This document shows, piece by piece, positions 31,745 to 40,910 of a stretch of DNA of 41,175 nt (position 1 is the stretch's first letter; every line of letters starts with the position of its first letter). The position numbers were made by a program, and so were the translations under genes. The notes beneath the pieces were generated by a model. That model worked only from the letters and a program-made list of their open reading frames with translations, ran no database searches and was not told the DNA's origin. The DNA lies in the IMG/VR virus record IMGVR_UViG_3300002168_000007, positions 1 to 41,175 of that record; one strand, 5' to 3'. This DNA comes from a virus.

Positions 31745-32344
31745 TTATTGTACACCCATAGCACTAGCAATTTGTGCATTGAGTGAGTTATCAACGTTAC
31801 TTTCAGATGGTGGTGTATAAGAACTTGAACTTAATTTATTCTTAACTCCGTTATCTACTGCACCGTTGATTATTTTTTCTATAGATTCAATGTTTTGTGT
31901 AGTAGTTTCATCATTTTCGCCTAGCACAAAATTGATTAAATCTGCATTTAGCCCTTTTTCAGTAAGTACTTTTGTATATTTACTTGTCATATCCGCTTTA
32001 GTTTTTTCTTTTTCTAAAGCTTCAAATTTTGCTTTAAGTTCTTCCAATTCCAGTTGTTCTGGAGTTTTCTTTTTATTGTTTGCTTTCTTAAGTTCTTCCT
32101 CAATAATTTTTGGTAAAGTCTCTTCTTTAAATGTTGCAACACCCTTCCCAATTCCACTATCTAAAGCGGATTGATAATAAGCCTTTACCTCCTTATTGCT
32201 TTCAAGAACCTTTTTAAAATCTTCTAACCCTATAGATGTAATATCAAAAGGTTTAGCTAAACCTTCTATTTCTTGAATTGCTTCGTTTATATCTGCATCA
32301 TCTGCTATATCTTTTAATTTTTCTAATAATTCACTTTTTAACAT
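31745..32344 (-). CDS. Scaffolding protein (GP20-like)
   Basis: 199 aa, highly helical and charged (ELEELKAKFEALEKEK). Upstream of the capsid gene. Confidence 0.75.
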   Translation of the reverse strand: MLKSELLEKLKDIADDADINEAIQEIEGLAKPFDITSIGLEDFKKVLESNKEVKAYYQSALDSGIGKGVATFKEETLPKIIEEELKKANNKKKTPEQLELEELKAKFEALEKEKTKADMTSKYTKVLTEKGLNADLINFVLGENDETTTQNIESIEKIINGAVDNGVKNKLSSSSYTPPSESNVDNSLNAQIASAMGVQ

Positions 32345-32360
32345 TGTTTATCTCCTTTCG

Positions 32361-32454
32361 TCCAAGTAAGTGAGTATTACTCCCAAACAAGTCCTTTAGA
32401 TTAATATTTATTTACCCCTCTCCAAGTAAGTTTTTTACTCCAAACAAGTTTTAG
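32361..32454 (-). repeat. Two ~35-bp direct repeats (32361-32399 and 32421-32454), each holding two ACTTRYTTGG decamers, upstream of the scaffold SD
   Basis: Plus strand: TCCAAGTAAGTgagtaTTACTCCcAAACAAGTccTTTAG versus TCCAAGTAAGTtttTTACTCCAAACAAGTTTTAG. Confidence 0.8.
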
Positions 32455-32497
32455 GGTATAAAAAATAAGCCTGTTTAACGTCTAGTGCTTAAAGACA

Positions 32498-32525
32498 ATA
32501 GAAAAAGAGTAGCCTAAACTACTCT
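32498..32525 (-). terminator. Intrinsic terminator after the collagen-like gene, inside the head module
   Basis: Minus strand: AGAGTAG-tttagg-CTACTCT, then TTTTCTATTG. Confidence 0.65.
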
Positions 32526-32541
32526 ATATTTATCTGTTTTA

Positions 32542-34935
32542 TTAACTTTCGCTTACTGGATATGAGAATGAACCTTGTATGACATAAGTGCCTTCTTTAT
32601 CAAGGATATTACCATGTAATTTTATATCTGTACTTCCTCTATCTAAAACTACTGAAATAGAACTATTTGCTTCTACTACATTTAAGACGGCTTTTGTAGC
32701 AAATCCAATTTTAGGTAAGCTGGTTATATTAATCTTCGTATATCCATATGTCTTATAATCGCTAGGTGCATCAACATGAAGTTCGATTGTTACGTAACAA
32801 ATTCCATTAATTACTTTATATGAAGAACGGCTCTTCGATATAGTTAACCCTAAAGCGGTTTCGTCAAACTTTATCGATGTTTCTTTTACATCAGCAACAC
32901 TTGTAGTACATACTCTTGACCATGTAGGTCCAGTAACATCAATACCTTTTAATTGACCAATATATAAATAATTTTGAGCAATACTAGTACCAGCAGAAAT
33001 TTTAAATTCTATAGAGAATTTTGAATCTTGGTGTTTATGAATAATTAAAATTCCGTTTCCAAAAGGTACATTTGTTATAGAATAATTATCTACCATTTGG
33101 CATAATAAACTATTATCTGGCATATTCTTAAATATATTTTCTACTGTTATAGGTGTTGTTAATCCTAATTGACTTATATCAGTAAATGTTTTTATATTAC
33201 TATCTTTAACCTTATCATAAACACTCTTAGCACTAGGCACTTGTTCATTAGTAACAGTATCATCTAATGTGGTAACTATATCTTCCTTCATTAAGAACTC
33301 GTGCCAGCCACTCCATTCACCAAAGCCTGTTAAGTCAGCACTAGCACCTATAGTATTAACATAAATACGGCCACTAGTTGGACAGTAGAATGTTATATCT
33401 CTATATAGTGGGTCTTGTGATACATCTACAGAACAATAACCATAATTCATATTGTTAGGTAAGTCAGCACAGTTATTTGCATAAAAATAATTATGCGTTA
33501 ATGCACCGAAAGTTTTGGCATAATCTAATACACTTCCACCTTGTAAGTCGAATACATCTAAATAATGCTTGGATTCCAATTCATTTATAGCACCTACTAT
33601 ATTCTTAGAAGTTGTATTAAGTGCATCAGCATTACTATTTCTTAATAATTTATCATGCTCATTAATAGCATTTACTATGCTTGATTTATCCACTGTTAAT
33701 AAATCACTTCTATTACCTACAATTTCTTCAAATGTTAGAGTTGAAATAAATCCTGTAACACTAATGCCAGTTTTTAAAGTTACTTCGCTAGCATCTTCTT
33801 TAGCACTACCTATCCAAAGAGTTTGCACCCATTGCCCCAGTTGCTCCATAGGTTCGTCTATTATTATATACTCGTCAGTTGGTTCTTTTTGTTCACATTG
33901 TACTGTTTCCAATATTGTCGTAGTTCCATCTGCTATTGATTCCTTATATATTGTTGTTGTAATGGCATCTAAATCCATTATTACATAATAAGTATATGTA
34001 TCTTTATCGGTTTTACAAGGTGTATCCACTGTAAAAGTACCACAATATGGTTTCATACTATAGTATACTGCATATTTACCTGCTGTTAAATCAGTCGTAT
34101 TTGGTAAATACATTTTATACTTCCAAGCTGTATTGCTACCATTTCCATCTACTTGATAGTAATACCATGTTTTTAATTCTGTAGTATCATCTGCGATATC
34201 AGGTTTACTTGATACTATGTGTGTATCATTTGTCTCACCTACTAAACTATCAAGATAATCCTGTTCAGTTCCTATAAATCCATTTTTAACAGCTAATTCA
34301 TAGTTATTCATCCCTTGAATACCTTGTAGATTGCCCTTGTAACACCAACTATTATTAATACTGTTTGCATCATCTCTAATATAATAGTCACTTGTATCTA
34401 CATTGATATACATATCTCCTATATGAGAATCTGTTATTTCTACTACGATACTAGATTGGTTACTAGTTATTTCAGTACCTACAAAAATAGCACTCCCTAT
34501 CCCTTGTAAGTTAGGAGTGATTATTGAGCCGTCTGCATCTGTTAATTTTAGAGTATATTCGGTATCACTTTGAGTTGCTATTTCAATAGTAGGATTAACT
34601 CCATCTTCGCCCTTCTCTCCTTGTATACCTTGTATACCTTGTTCCCCTTTATCGCCTTTCTCTCCCTTGTCTCCTGTATCTCCTTTATCACCTTTGACAT
34701 TACCTACATTAATTGTTGTAGAATCTGAAAAGGTTAATATTAATTCATCATTAACTATTTCAGCATTTGTAATACTTACACCATCAGCAGGCTTGGGAAA
34801 TGTCATTGTACTTGAAGTTCCATTAGTCCAGTTAAAAGTAATACTGCAATTATCGTTGTCTACTGTAGCACTAGCTAAACCACTTTGAATTCCATTTACA
34901 AGTTTTTTACTTAAAGCATAAGTTACTATATCCAC
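32542..34935 (-). CDS. Collagen-like repeat fibre protein (797 aa, GTG start)
   Basis: Ten uninterrupted G-X-Y triplets (GDKGDTGDKGEKGDKGEQGIQGIQGEKGEDG). Fibre-type motifs SSIVNAINEH / KNIVGAINEL. GAGGTG SD. Confidence 0.8.
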   Translation of the reverse strand: MDIVTYALSKKLVNGIQSGLASATVDNDNCSITFNWTNGTSSTMTFPKPADGVSITNAEIVNDELILTFSDSTTINVGNVKGDKGDTGDKGEKGDKGEQGIQGIQGEKGEDGVNPTIEIATQSDTEYTLKLTDADGSIITPNLQGIGSAIFVGTEITSNQSSIVVEITDSHIGDMYINVDTSDYYIRDDANSINNSWCYKGNLQGIQGMNNYELAVKNGFIGTEQDYLDSLVGETNDTHIVSSKPDIADDTTELKTWYYYQVDGNGSNTAWKYKMYLPNTTDLTAGKYAVYYSMKPYCGTFTVDTPCKTDKDTYTYYVIMDLDAITTTIYKESIADGTTTILETVQCEQKEPTDEYIIIDEPMEQLGQWVQTLWIGSAKEDASEVTLKTGISVTGFISTLTFEEIVGNRSDLLTVDKSSIVNAINEHDKLLRNSNADALNTTSKNIVGAINELESKHYLDVFDLQGGSVLDYAKTFGALTHNYFYANNCADLPNNMNYGYCSVDVSQDPLYRDITFYCPTSGRIYVNTIGASADLTGFGEWSGWHEFLMKEDIVTTLDDTVTNEQVPSAKSVYDKVKDSNIKTFTDISQLGLTTPITVENIFKNMPDNSLLCQMVDNYSITNVPFGNGILIIHKHQDSKFSIEFKISAGTSIAQNYLYIGQLKGIDVTGPTWSRVCTTSVADVKETSIKFDETALGLTISKSRSSYKVINGICYVTIELHVDAPSDYKTYGYTKINITSLPKIGFATKAVLNVVEANSSISVVLDRGSTDIKLHGNILDKEGTYVIQGSFSYPVSES

Positions 34936-34950
34936 CTTATCACCTCGCTT

Positions 34951-35151
34951 TTATAATGGTTTCCATACTTTATTTTCTTCATCATATTTGTATGTATCAC
35001 TTGTTTCAAAATTAAATAAAATGTCGCCATTATCAAGTTTTACACCTAATAAATTTCCATCACTATCTGGTAAATGTTTATTCGCAGTAATATCTGCTGT
35101 TATACAATTATATTCCTTTAAAAACTCTGTTCTGTTTGCCAAAGTTATCAA
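34951..35151 (-). CDS. Hypothetical protein (66 aa from the TTG at 35151; the ORF track extends to 35190)
   Basis: GGAGG lies 8 nt upstream of the TTG. This start avoids overlap with the minor head protein gene. Confidence 0.5.
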   Translation of the reverse strand: MITLANRTEFLKEYNCITADITANKHLPDSDGNLLGVKLDNGDILFNFETSDTYKYDEENKVWKPL

Positions 35152-35165
35152 TTTACATTCCTCCT

Positions 35166-35897
35166 TTAACTTTCTACAGTGTAGTAACACCTACATTTTA
35201 TATGGATTTTTGCTGGTGGTCTATTTGGGTCATCTATTCTATAAGTTTCCCCATCTAAGTCCTTACATTCTGCACATGTTGCACCATCTAAAGTCGCATT
35301 ACGTGTAACTCTTTCTACTCCTGTATATTTACAAAATTCTTCAAACATATCTTGTCTAACATTGCTTATAGTATCTTCTACTAGCCTTTCAGCATTATAT
35401 TTACTAGTATTAAAAGCCTTTTCTATGTTTCTTCTCATTTGTTCTTTATTAATTTTACCATTAATAAAATCATCAACTTGTTTTCTTAAGTACTTACTAA
35501 TATCTTTGTTATTTTTCCAGATTCTATCACTATAGGTTTTACCATCTATAACCTTATTAGTAATTTTCTTTGCATCTTTAAGTTTATAGTTATAAAATCC
35601 TTCTAGCTTATCCAGTGTATTATTTATTAAACCTTTTGTTATTTTAATTTGGTTAGAAGATTCTTTATTAATGAAAGCAATTATCTTATTACTTAGCTTT
35701 TGATTTATAATAATGCTTTCCGCTTTATCAATTTTGAGGAAGTCCTCAATAACTTTATAATATAACAATAAAAGAGCCACCTCTTTAAGTAACTCCTCTT
35801 TATCATTTTTCTGTTCTTGATATATCTTTTTAAGTTCAGAATCAAGATCATCATATATACCAGAAATTAATTCTAACTCTTCATCTTTACTATACAT
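35166..35897 (-). CDS. Minor head protein (SPP1 gp7 / Mu F-like head morphogenesis protein)
   Basis: C-terminal TRNATLDGATCAECKDLDGETY motif. Follows the portal gene. Confidence 0.8.
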   Translation of the reverse strand: MYSKDEELELISGIYDDLDSELKKIYQEQKNDKEELLKEVALLLLYYKVIEDFLKIDKAESIIINQKLSNKIIAFINKESSNQIKITKGLINNTLDKLEGFYNYKLKDAKKITNKVIDGKTYSDRIWKNNKDISKYLRKQVDDFINGKINKEQMRRNIEKAFNTSKYNAERLVEDTISNVRQDMFEEFCKYTGVERVTRNATLDGATCAECKDLDGETYRIDDPNRPPAKIHIKCRCYYTVES

Positions 35898-37314
35898 TTT
35901 CTACACCGTTTGTGTTAGATTTTTCTTCATTAGAATTTTCACCTATAGACAAATAGTCGTTTGATGAAATTCTATTTAAATCATTTTTAAGTTCTTTCTC
36001 TATCTTTTCGCCCTCTGCTGCTACGTTTTCTATACGTGGTAACCAGCTTCTTAAAGTTTCTTTACTTACTGTATTTGTTGGAGCAATTTTACTAATCATA
36101 TCAGCCAAACCAGTTTCATCTACTGGTACATTAGGAGTAAATCCTATCTTTATAGTATTAGCATCATAATTCTTACTTTCTGTTAAATATAAATGTCTGA
36201 ATAAGCATTGTAAGCGAGTATATAATATATTACTCATAGCTTTCTCATTCATTTTACATTTAGCTTCTAATGATTGGAGCCTACTTCTTAAAGCTATACC
36301 ACTTAAATTACTTTGTAGCTTTTCATTAGTATTAACATGTGATGTTAAGGTATATATTAAATCTTTTAATTCATCCCTAGTACTTTTTATAAATGTATCA
36401 TTGACATTTTTTATTAACCAGTCAGCATCTTGTGTTGTTTTATCACCAAATAACATAATACAATTATTACGCACCACAGGCTCTTTCTTCTTGGGGTTTC
36501 CATTTTCATCTAGTATTACATTTCCATCTTTATCTAACTCTTCTTCTGCTTCTACTCCATATATTTTAAGTATGGCATTTCTAAAATCTGATATTTCACA
36601 TACTGCATCTGATAAATTAGTTTCTAAAGCATCTTGAAGGTTTTTAATAGTCTTGTATATAGTCTTATCACCTTCTAAATAGCCCCTATCTTCGTTGTAA
36701 GCCTTACCGCCTACCATACCAACACCAACTGGTAACATACCGAAATAATGTTCTGTAGAAGGAGCAACCTCTTGCCATTTATCATCAAGGTGATATATAC
36801 GTTCTTCTGTATATACATCTATATAAGTTGTCTCCGGTTCAAGTTGCTTCTTAAACATATGAAGGAAATACGTAGGAATATCATCCTTAATATACATGTA
36901 ACCATCCAAAGGAGTTACTATTTTATTCTTAAACTTGAACTTTTTAGGTTCATATTCTTCTCTGTAGTTAATCTCATAGCATAAACCATACTTTATTAAC
37001 TCTATTCCTAAGTTAATGTCATGATCTGCTTTATTATTCTTTAAATTATAAGCAATATCTTTAACTATTTGCTTATTATCTTCTAAGGAAGTGTATGTAA
37101 TGTCATTACCAAATGAATATTGTGCTTCCTCATCAACTAACTTTTGAATAAAATTCGTATTTACTTTTAGATTACTTCGCCCTTCTCTAGGTGTGAAGTT
37201 TAATAAACTATCTGTACTGCCGTAATAATAGCGATTTATGTCATGATAATATGGGTTCTTAGTTTGATAATCTGCATAACATTTTTGAATAAATTCTAAT
37301 TCTTCTTGTTCCAC
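35890..37314 (-). CDS. Portal protein (SPP1 gp6-like), GTG start
   Basis: 474 aa, immediately downstream of TerL. AAAGGAAGTG SD. Confidence 0.85.
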   Translation of the reverse strand: MEQEELEFIQKCYADYQTKNPYYHDINRYYYGSTDSLLNFTPREGRSNLKVNTNFIQKLVDEEAQYSFGNDITYTSLEDNKQIVKDIAYNLKNNKADHDINLGIELIKYGLCYEINYREEYEPKKFKFKNKIVTPLDGYMYIKDDIPTYFLHMFKKQLEPETTYIDVYTEERIYHLDDKWQEVAPSTEHYFGMLPVGVGMVGGKAYNEDRGYLEGDKTIYKTIKNLQDALETNLSDAVCEISDFRNAILKIYGVEAEEELDKDGNVILDENGNPKKKEPVVRNNCIMLFGDKTTQDADWLIKNVNDTFIKSTRDELKDLIYTLTSHVNTNEKLQSNLSGIALRSRLQSLEAKCKMNEKAMSNILYTRLQCLFRHLYLTESKNYDANTIKIGFTPNVPVDETGLADMISKIAPTNTVSKETLRSWLPRIENVAAEGEKIEKELKNDLNRISSNDYLSIGENSNEEKSNTNGVENV

Positions 37315-37329
37315 TTTAACACTTCCTTT

Positions 37330-39042
37330 CTATCTGTAAATTATGCTAAAACTAGGTCTTAACTGTATTTGATCTATATTATTAATAGCCATTTCAAGTG
37401 AATCTATAGCATCATCATGAATTGTGAATTTTTGACCTCTAAAATCTTGGACTTGTTTATTATATTCAACGTCATTTTCATTAAAGAGAACTTGTCCGCT
37501 GTTTATCTTATCTGTAATAGTCATTATTCTTTGGTCTTTATTTTGAGTATTATAAACTGTTATAACCTCTATATGTCTTTTTCTTAATCTAATATCTTTT
37601 GCTATTGCTTCCTCTATTCTGGTAGCATCTACACCCTTATATACATTCTTTTCTAGTACTACATGGGTTATATCTTCCCATTTTAGAAGTAACATAATAG
37701 TAAAATCTATATATCTATCAAATTCTGTCTTAGAATCGAACCTTTTCAAAGTTCCTTCTCTAACACAATAAAAGCCATTACTCTTACCTAATACAGTAAA
37801 TGCAGTAAAATCTGATTTAGCTGTATTACTTGCACCTTGGTCTATAGATAATAAAGTCTTTTCAAACTTCTTACTTTCCATTTCAATAGAAGGTATCTTT
37901 GCTATAGATTTTACCCATATATCACCAACACTTTCACAATCACACATAAGCTCTTGCATAAATGACAACCTTTTAGTAAAATAATCATTCATTAATTCAC
38001 ATGGATTGTATTTACCTTCCCATAAAGTAGTAAAATTCATTTCTTCTTCATGGTCATAATAAAAAGACTTGGCATTTTCTACTCTATTTTCATCTTTACT
38101 ATTCATTAAAATAGTTCGGTATTCTTGCCATAGTTTAGAATTTTCAACATATTCATCTATATCAAAATCTACTACAGCCCTTCTAAACACTTTAAAGGTA
38201 CTATCTTGTCTTACTGTATTAACTAGATCATCTGCTGCAAGTGGAGTTCCTATTACTATAAATTTAGTATCAATTCCTTGTTTCTTACCTTTTATTACTT
38301 TGGCTTTATCTCCAGCAGGAAGAATTTCTTTATATAGCTTATTTACTGTCTTTTCCTTTGCATTATCAGAAAGTATATCATCTTCTTTCAGTACATCATC
38401 GACAATTACTATTTGCGGTCTTTGTCCTCTGTATTTAGCACCTCTAATTGTACCGCCCCAAGTAAAACCTTGTACCTTAGTACCATTAGATAACTCTAAT
38501 TCTTCTTTATTTACTGTAAATTTCTTTGTATTTATTAACTCCCCAAAGGTTTCTTTTATCTTGTCATATCCTAAACAAGTCCTAACCTCTGATATAAACT
38601 CTTCCATAAGCTTATCCGTTTTACCTATAACTACCGTATACCTACTTATTTGATATACAGCCCCCCATGTTGCAGTTGATGTATTAACCACTGTACTCTT
38701 ACCAATACCTCTAGGAAGTATAAATTCCTCTCTATTAGTTTTATCGTTGATAAGTAAGTCATTTAATTCTTCAAATACCTCATAATGTACTGGTGCTAAT
38801 GGTCTTGAACTATTCTTGTTGGAAGGGATAAATAAATCTCTTAAGAAGTATAGATTAAAGAACTCTATGTCTGTTTTGCCTAAACTTTTAGCGATTAAAT
38901 CTAATCTATCCTTATTATTTTTTATTACAGCCTTAGCCTTGTCGCTACTTCCGTAATATTCACTTAAATACTTAAAAAGTAACACTACACTTAATTCAGT
39001 ATCTTTATATTCTTTATTGTTATAATAATATATCTTGTCCAT
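37330..39042 (-). CDS. terL: Terminase large subunit
   Basis: Walker A LPRGIGKST, Walker B IVIVDD, C-terminal nuclease-like half. 570 aa. Confidence 0.9.
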   Translation of the reverse strand: MDKIYYYNNKEYKDTELSVVLLFKYLSEYYGSSDKAKAVIKNNKDRLDLIAKSLGKTDIEFFNLYFLRDLFIPSNKNSSRPLAPVHYEVFEELNDLLINDKTNREEFILPRGIGKSTVVNTSTATWGAVYQISRYTVVIGKTDKLMEEFISEVRTCLGYDKIKETFGELINTKKFTVNKEELELSNGTKVQGFTWGGTIRGAKYRGQRPQIVIVDDVLKEDDILSDNAKEKTVNKLYKEILPAGDKAKVIKGKKQGIDTKFIVIGTPLAADDLVNTVRQDSTFKVFRRAVVDFDIDEYVENSKLWQEYRTILMNSKDENRVENAKSFYYDHEEEMNFTTLWEGKYNPCELMNDYFTKRLSFMQELMCDCESVGDIWVKSIAKIPSIEMESKKFEKTLLSIDQGASNTAKSDFTAFTVLGKSNGFYCVREGTLKRFDSKTEFDRYIDFTIMLLLKWEDITHVVLEKNVYKGVDATRIEEAIAKDIRLRKRHIEVITVYNTQNKDQRIMTITDKINSGQVLFNENDVEYNKQVQDFRGQKFTIHDDAIDSLEMAINNIDQIQLRPSFSIIYR

Positions 39043-39066
39043 GTGTTACTCCTTTCTTATTTAATA

Positions 39067-39114
39067 CAAAATAAAAAGAGTGGTCTTACTGCTGTCTCAC
39101 GACATGCGCCACTC
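39067..39114 (-). terminator. Terminator-like hairpin immediately upstream of the terL SD
   Basis: Minus strand: GAGTGG...(25-nt interior with a partial extra stem)...CCACTC, then TTTTTATTTTG. Weaker than the other terminators. Confidence 0.4.
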
Positions 39115-39253
39115 GATAAAACTTACTATTTAGTTATATGGTTTTTAAAACTACATAAAACCTAAAAAAATTTTAAAAAATTTTATAGCGATAACCTGAG
39201 CGCCTTCCAACTGTTTCCAGATAGAATAGGCGTGGGTATCTAACTATTACATC

Positions 39254-39361
39254 TAATGAGACATACAGTTAAGTCTAACTAGACATAATTTATGTTCTGT
39301 CTCCTTTGTCTCGTTAACCCCTCAACCCTTGATATTACTGGGTTCGCTTTATGTCTCATTA
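39254..39361. repeat. 12-bp perfect inverted repeat (39254-39265 / 39350-39361) enclosing a cluster of GAGAC/GTCTC and TAGAC/GTCTA motifs
   Basis: TAATGAGACATA versus TATGTCTCATTA. Palindromes GTCTA-ac-TAGAC (39273-39284) and TCTAATTAGA (39364-39373). TGTCTC x2 at 39298-39310. Confidence 0.8.
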
Positions 39362-39428
39362 ACTCTAATTAGACACTTTAGATTATATAAAAATACAAAT
39401 ACATATTATTGTGTATATATAGCAAACA

Positions 39429-39854
39429 CTACTTAGCTATCTTATCTAAATCAATAACATTACTATCATTATTATTATCATCTAGCAATGTATCAAGATC
39501 AATATTTTCAGCATCTTTATTGTTATTAGATACTTCTAATTCAGCCTTAGTAGTAGCTTTACCCAAGGAGCGGTCTAATAATGAGTTCAGGGCTTGTAGC
39601 CTTATAGCCTCACTATCCGCCGTGTAAGCGAGTTTTTTAACTGCGTCCAGTAATTCCCTTGTATCACCCTTAAGACTCGTTAGAGCCTCGTTACACATAA
39701 TCCGTCTTCGCCTGTCCATCTCGCGCTTTATTTCTTCCTTATTCATCCAGTCATAAATCGTCTGTCTAGACATCTTTAATTCTTTAGCAATATCAGCTTT
39801 TGACATACCTTCAGCTAACATACTAATCATTTTATTTTGTTTTTCAGTAAGCAT
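39429..39854 (-). CDS. terS: Terminase small subunit (HTH type)
   Basis: N-terminal HTH MSKADIAKELKMSRQTIYDWMNK, helical oligomerisation region, acidic tail. Upstream of terL. Confidence 0.75.
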   Translation of the reverse strand: MLTEKQNKMISMLAEGMSKADIAKELKMSRQTIYDWMNKEEIKREMDRRRRIMCNEALTSLKGDTRELLDAVKKLAYTADSEAIRLQALNSLLDRSLGKATTKAELEVSNNNKDAENIDLDTLLDDNNNDSNVIDLDKIAK

Positions 39855-39906
39855 TTTTACAATCCCCCCTTTCTGTAAAGTAAAATCTTACGTTTTTTTA
39901 TACATT

Positions 39907-39969
39907 CAAAAGGTGGCCTCCTATAGGTACATATATATTTATTTATATTTGTACTCATAAGCGGCCACC
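39907..39969 (-). terminator. Long hairpin plus a short U-tract between the dual-HTH gene and terS
   Basis: Minus strand: GGTGGCC...GTACAAATATA-aataaa-TATATATGTAC...GGCCACC, then TTTTGAATG. Starts right after the TAG stop. Confidence 0.5.
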
Positions 39970-40611
39970 CTAATTTAATAGTTTTGATAAGTCTAAATAT
40001 AGATCATTTTCTTTATCAACCTTAAATTTATTAACTCTAAAGCAATAAACTCCATTAATAATACTATAATAACTACTAATATCTGCTGTTGCTAGTTGTA
40101 ATTCATTAAGAGTAATATCACCATTTAAATATCTTTTCTGTAATTGCTTAAGAGCCTTAATATAAGACATGTTTCTCCAGAAGGAATTATATTCCTCTTT
40201 AGATACTTCAACAGCTTCATTATCTCCTAAAGTTAGTTTAAAATAATAAAAGCCGTCTCTTGACATAACTTTATTATCAATAAGTTTTTTATCCCATCTA
40301 ACAACAGTATTTTTATTAACACATGAATTAATAGCAATATCCTTTATACTAATAGCTTTATTTTGCAATCTATCATTTAAGTATTTTGTAAAGTTATAAG
40401 GCTTTCTAATATTTAAAGTAGATAAGGCCTTAATTCCTGGATTATCATTTTCAACTATGTTGTAAGTAGTTTTATTACCTTTAGATATATTAATAAGTTT
40501 ATAACCTAAAGTATTTAATTTTTTATTCAATGTATTACGTTTTTCCATTTTCCTAATACTATTTGTACTAGTATTTAATAATTCTGCTAATTGTTTTCTA
40601 GTGTAAATCAT
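39970..40611 (-). CDS. Dual-HTH DNA-binding protein, first gene of the late operon (213 aa from the ATG at 40611; the ORF track extends to 40638)
   Basis: HTH-like YTRKQLAELLNTSTNSIRKMEKRN and ISIKDIAINSCVNKNTVVRWDKK. GAGG lies 6 nt upstream of the ATG at 40611. Confidence 0.6.
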   Translation of the reverse strand: MIYTRKQLAELLNTSTNSIRKMEKRNTLNKKLNTLGYKLINISKGNKTTYNIVENDNPGIKALSTLNIRKPYNFTKYLNDRLQNKAISIKDIAINSCVNKNTVVRWDKKLIDNKVMSRDGFYYFKLTLGDNEAVEVSKEEYNSFWRNMSYIKALKQLQKRYLNGDITLNELQLATADISSYYSIINGVYCFRVNKFKVDKENDLYLDLSKLLN

Positions 40612-40885
40612 GTTTAACCTCATAAAAAATAAGAGCAACTACAATGTAATTACTCTTATAATCATAGGCGCTTTCGTCCTAACATTTTCGGTCTCCTATG
40701 TACCTATATATATCTTTACTTACTTTAATACTATTGTACCGCCCGCAAAAACGAGCCACGAAAGATATATCTATTATAATCGACTTATAGTCTTTGTAAT
40801 ATGCTTATTACCTCGCCACTTTATACACTTGCGTAGTGTAATGCTTATTTGACGCATTCACCGATAAATGATAAATATAAGCATT

Positions 40886-40910
40886 AAAAAACCACCGGTG
40901 GAGTCGGTGG
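40886..40910 (-). terminator. Promoter-proximal intrinsic terminator
   Basis: Minus strand: CCACCG-actccac-CGGTGG followed by TTTTTT. Confidence 0.7.

Noticed and set aside
19349-34935. A diversity-generating retroelement acting on the receptor-binding or collagen-like proteins
   Set aside because: There is no reverse transcriptase gene, and no template/variable repeat pair was detectable anywhere in the genome.
39120-39400. A tRNA gene in the GC-richer terS-terL spacer (for example around GGGTTCGC at 39340)
   Set aside because: No cloverleaf could be built: there is no canonical T-arm (GTTCGAATC-like with a matching stem) and no acceptor-stem complementarity.
40660-40700. A hammerhead-like ribozyme suggested by GGACGAAAGCGCC in the late leader
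   Set aside because: No CUGAUGA core or appropriate three-stem arrangement could be found around it.
40610-40852. 80-aa plus-strand ORF in the late leader
   Set aside because: It has no SD and a hydrophobic low-complexity sequence. It is antisense to the start of the first late gene and is more likely a shadow frame.
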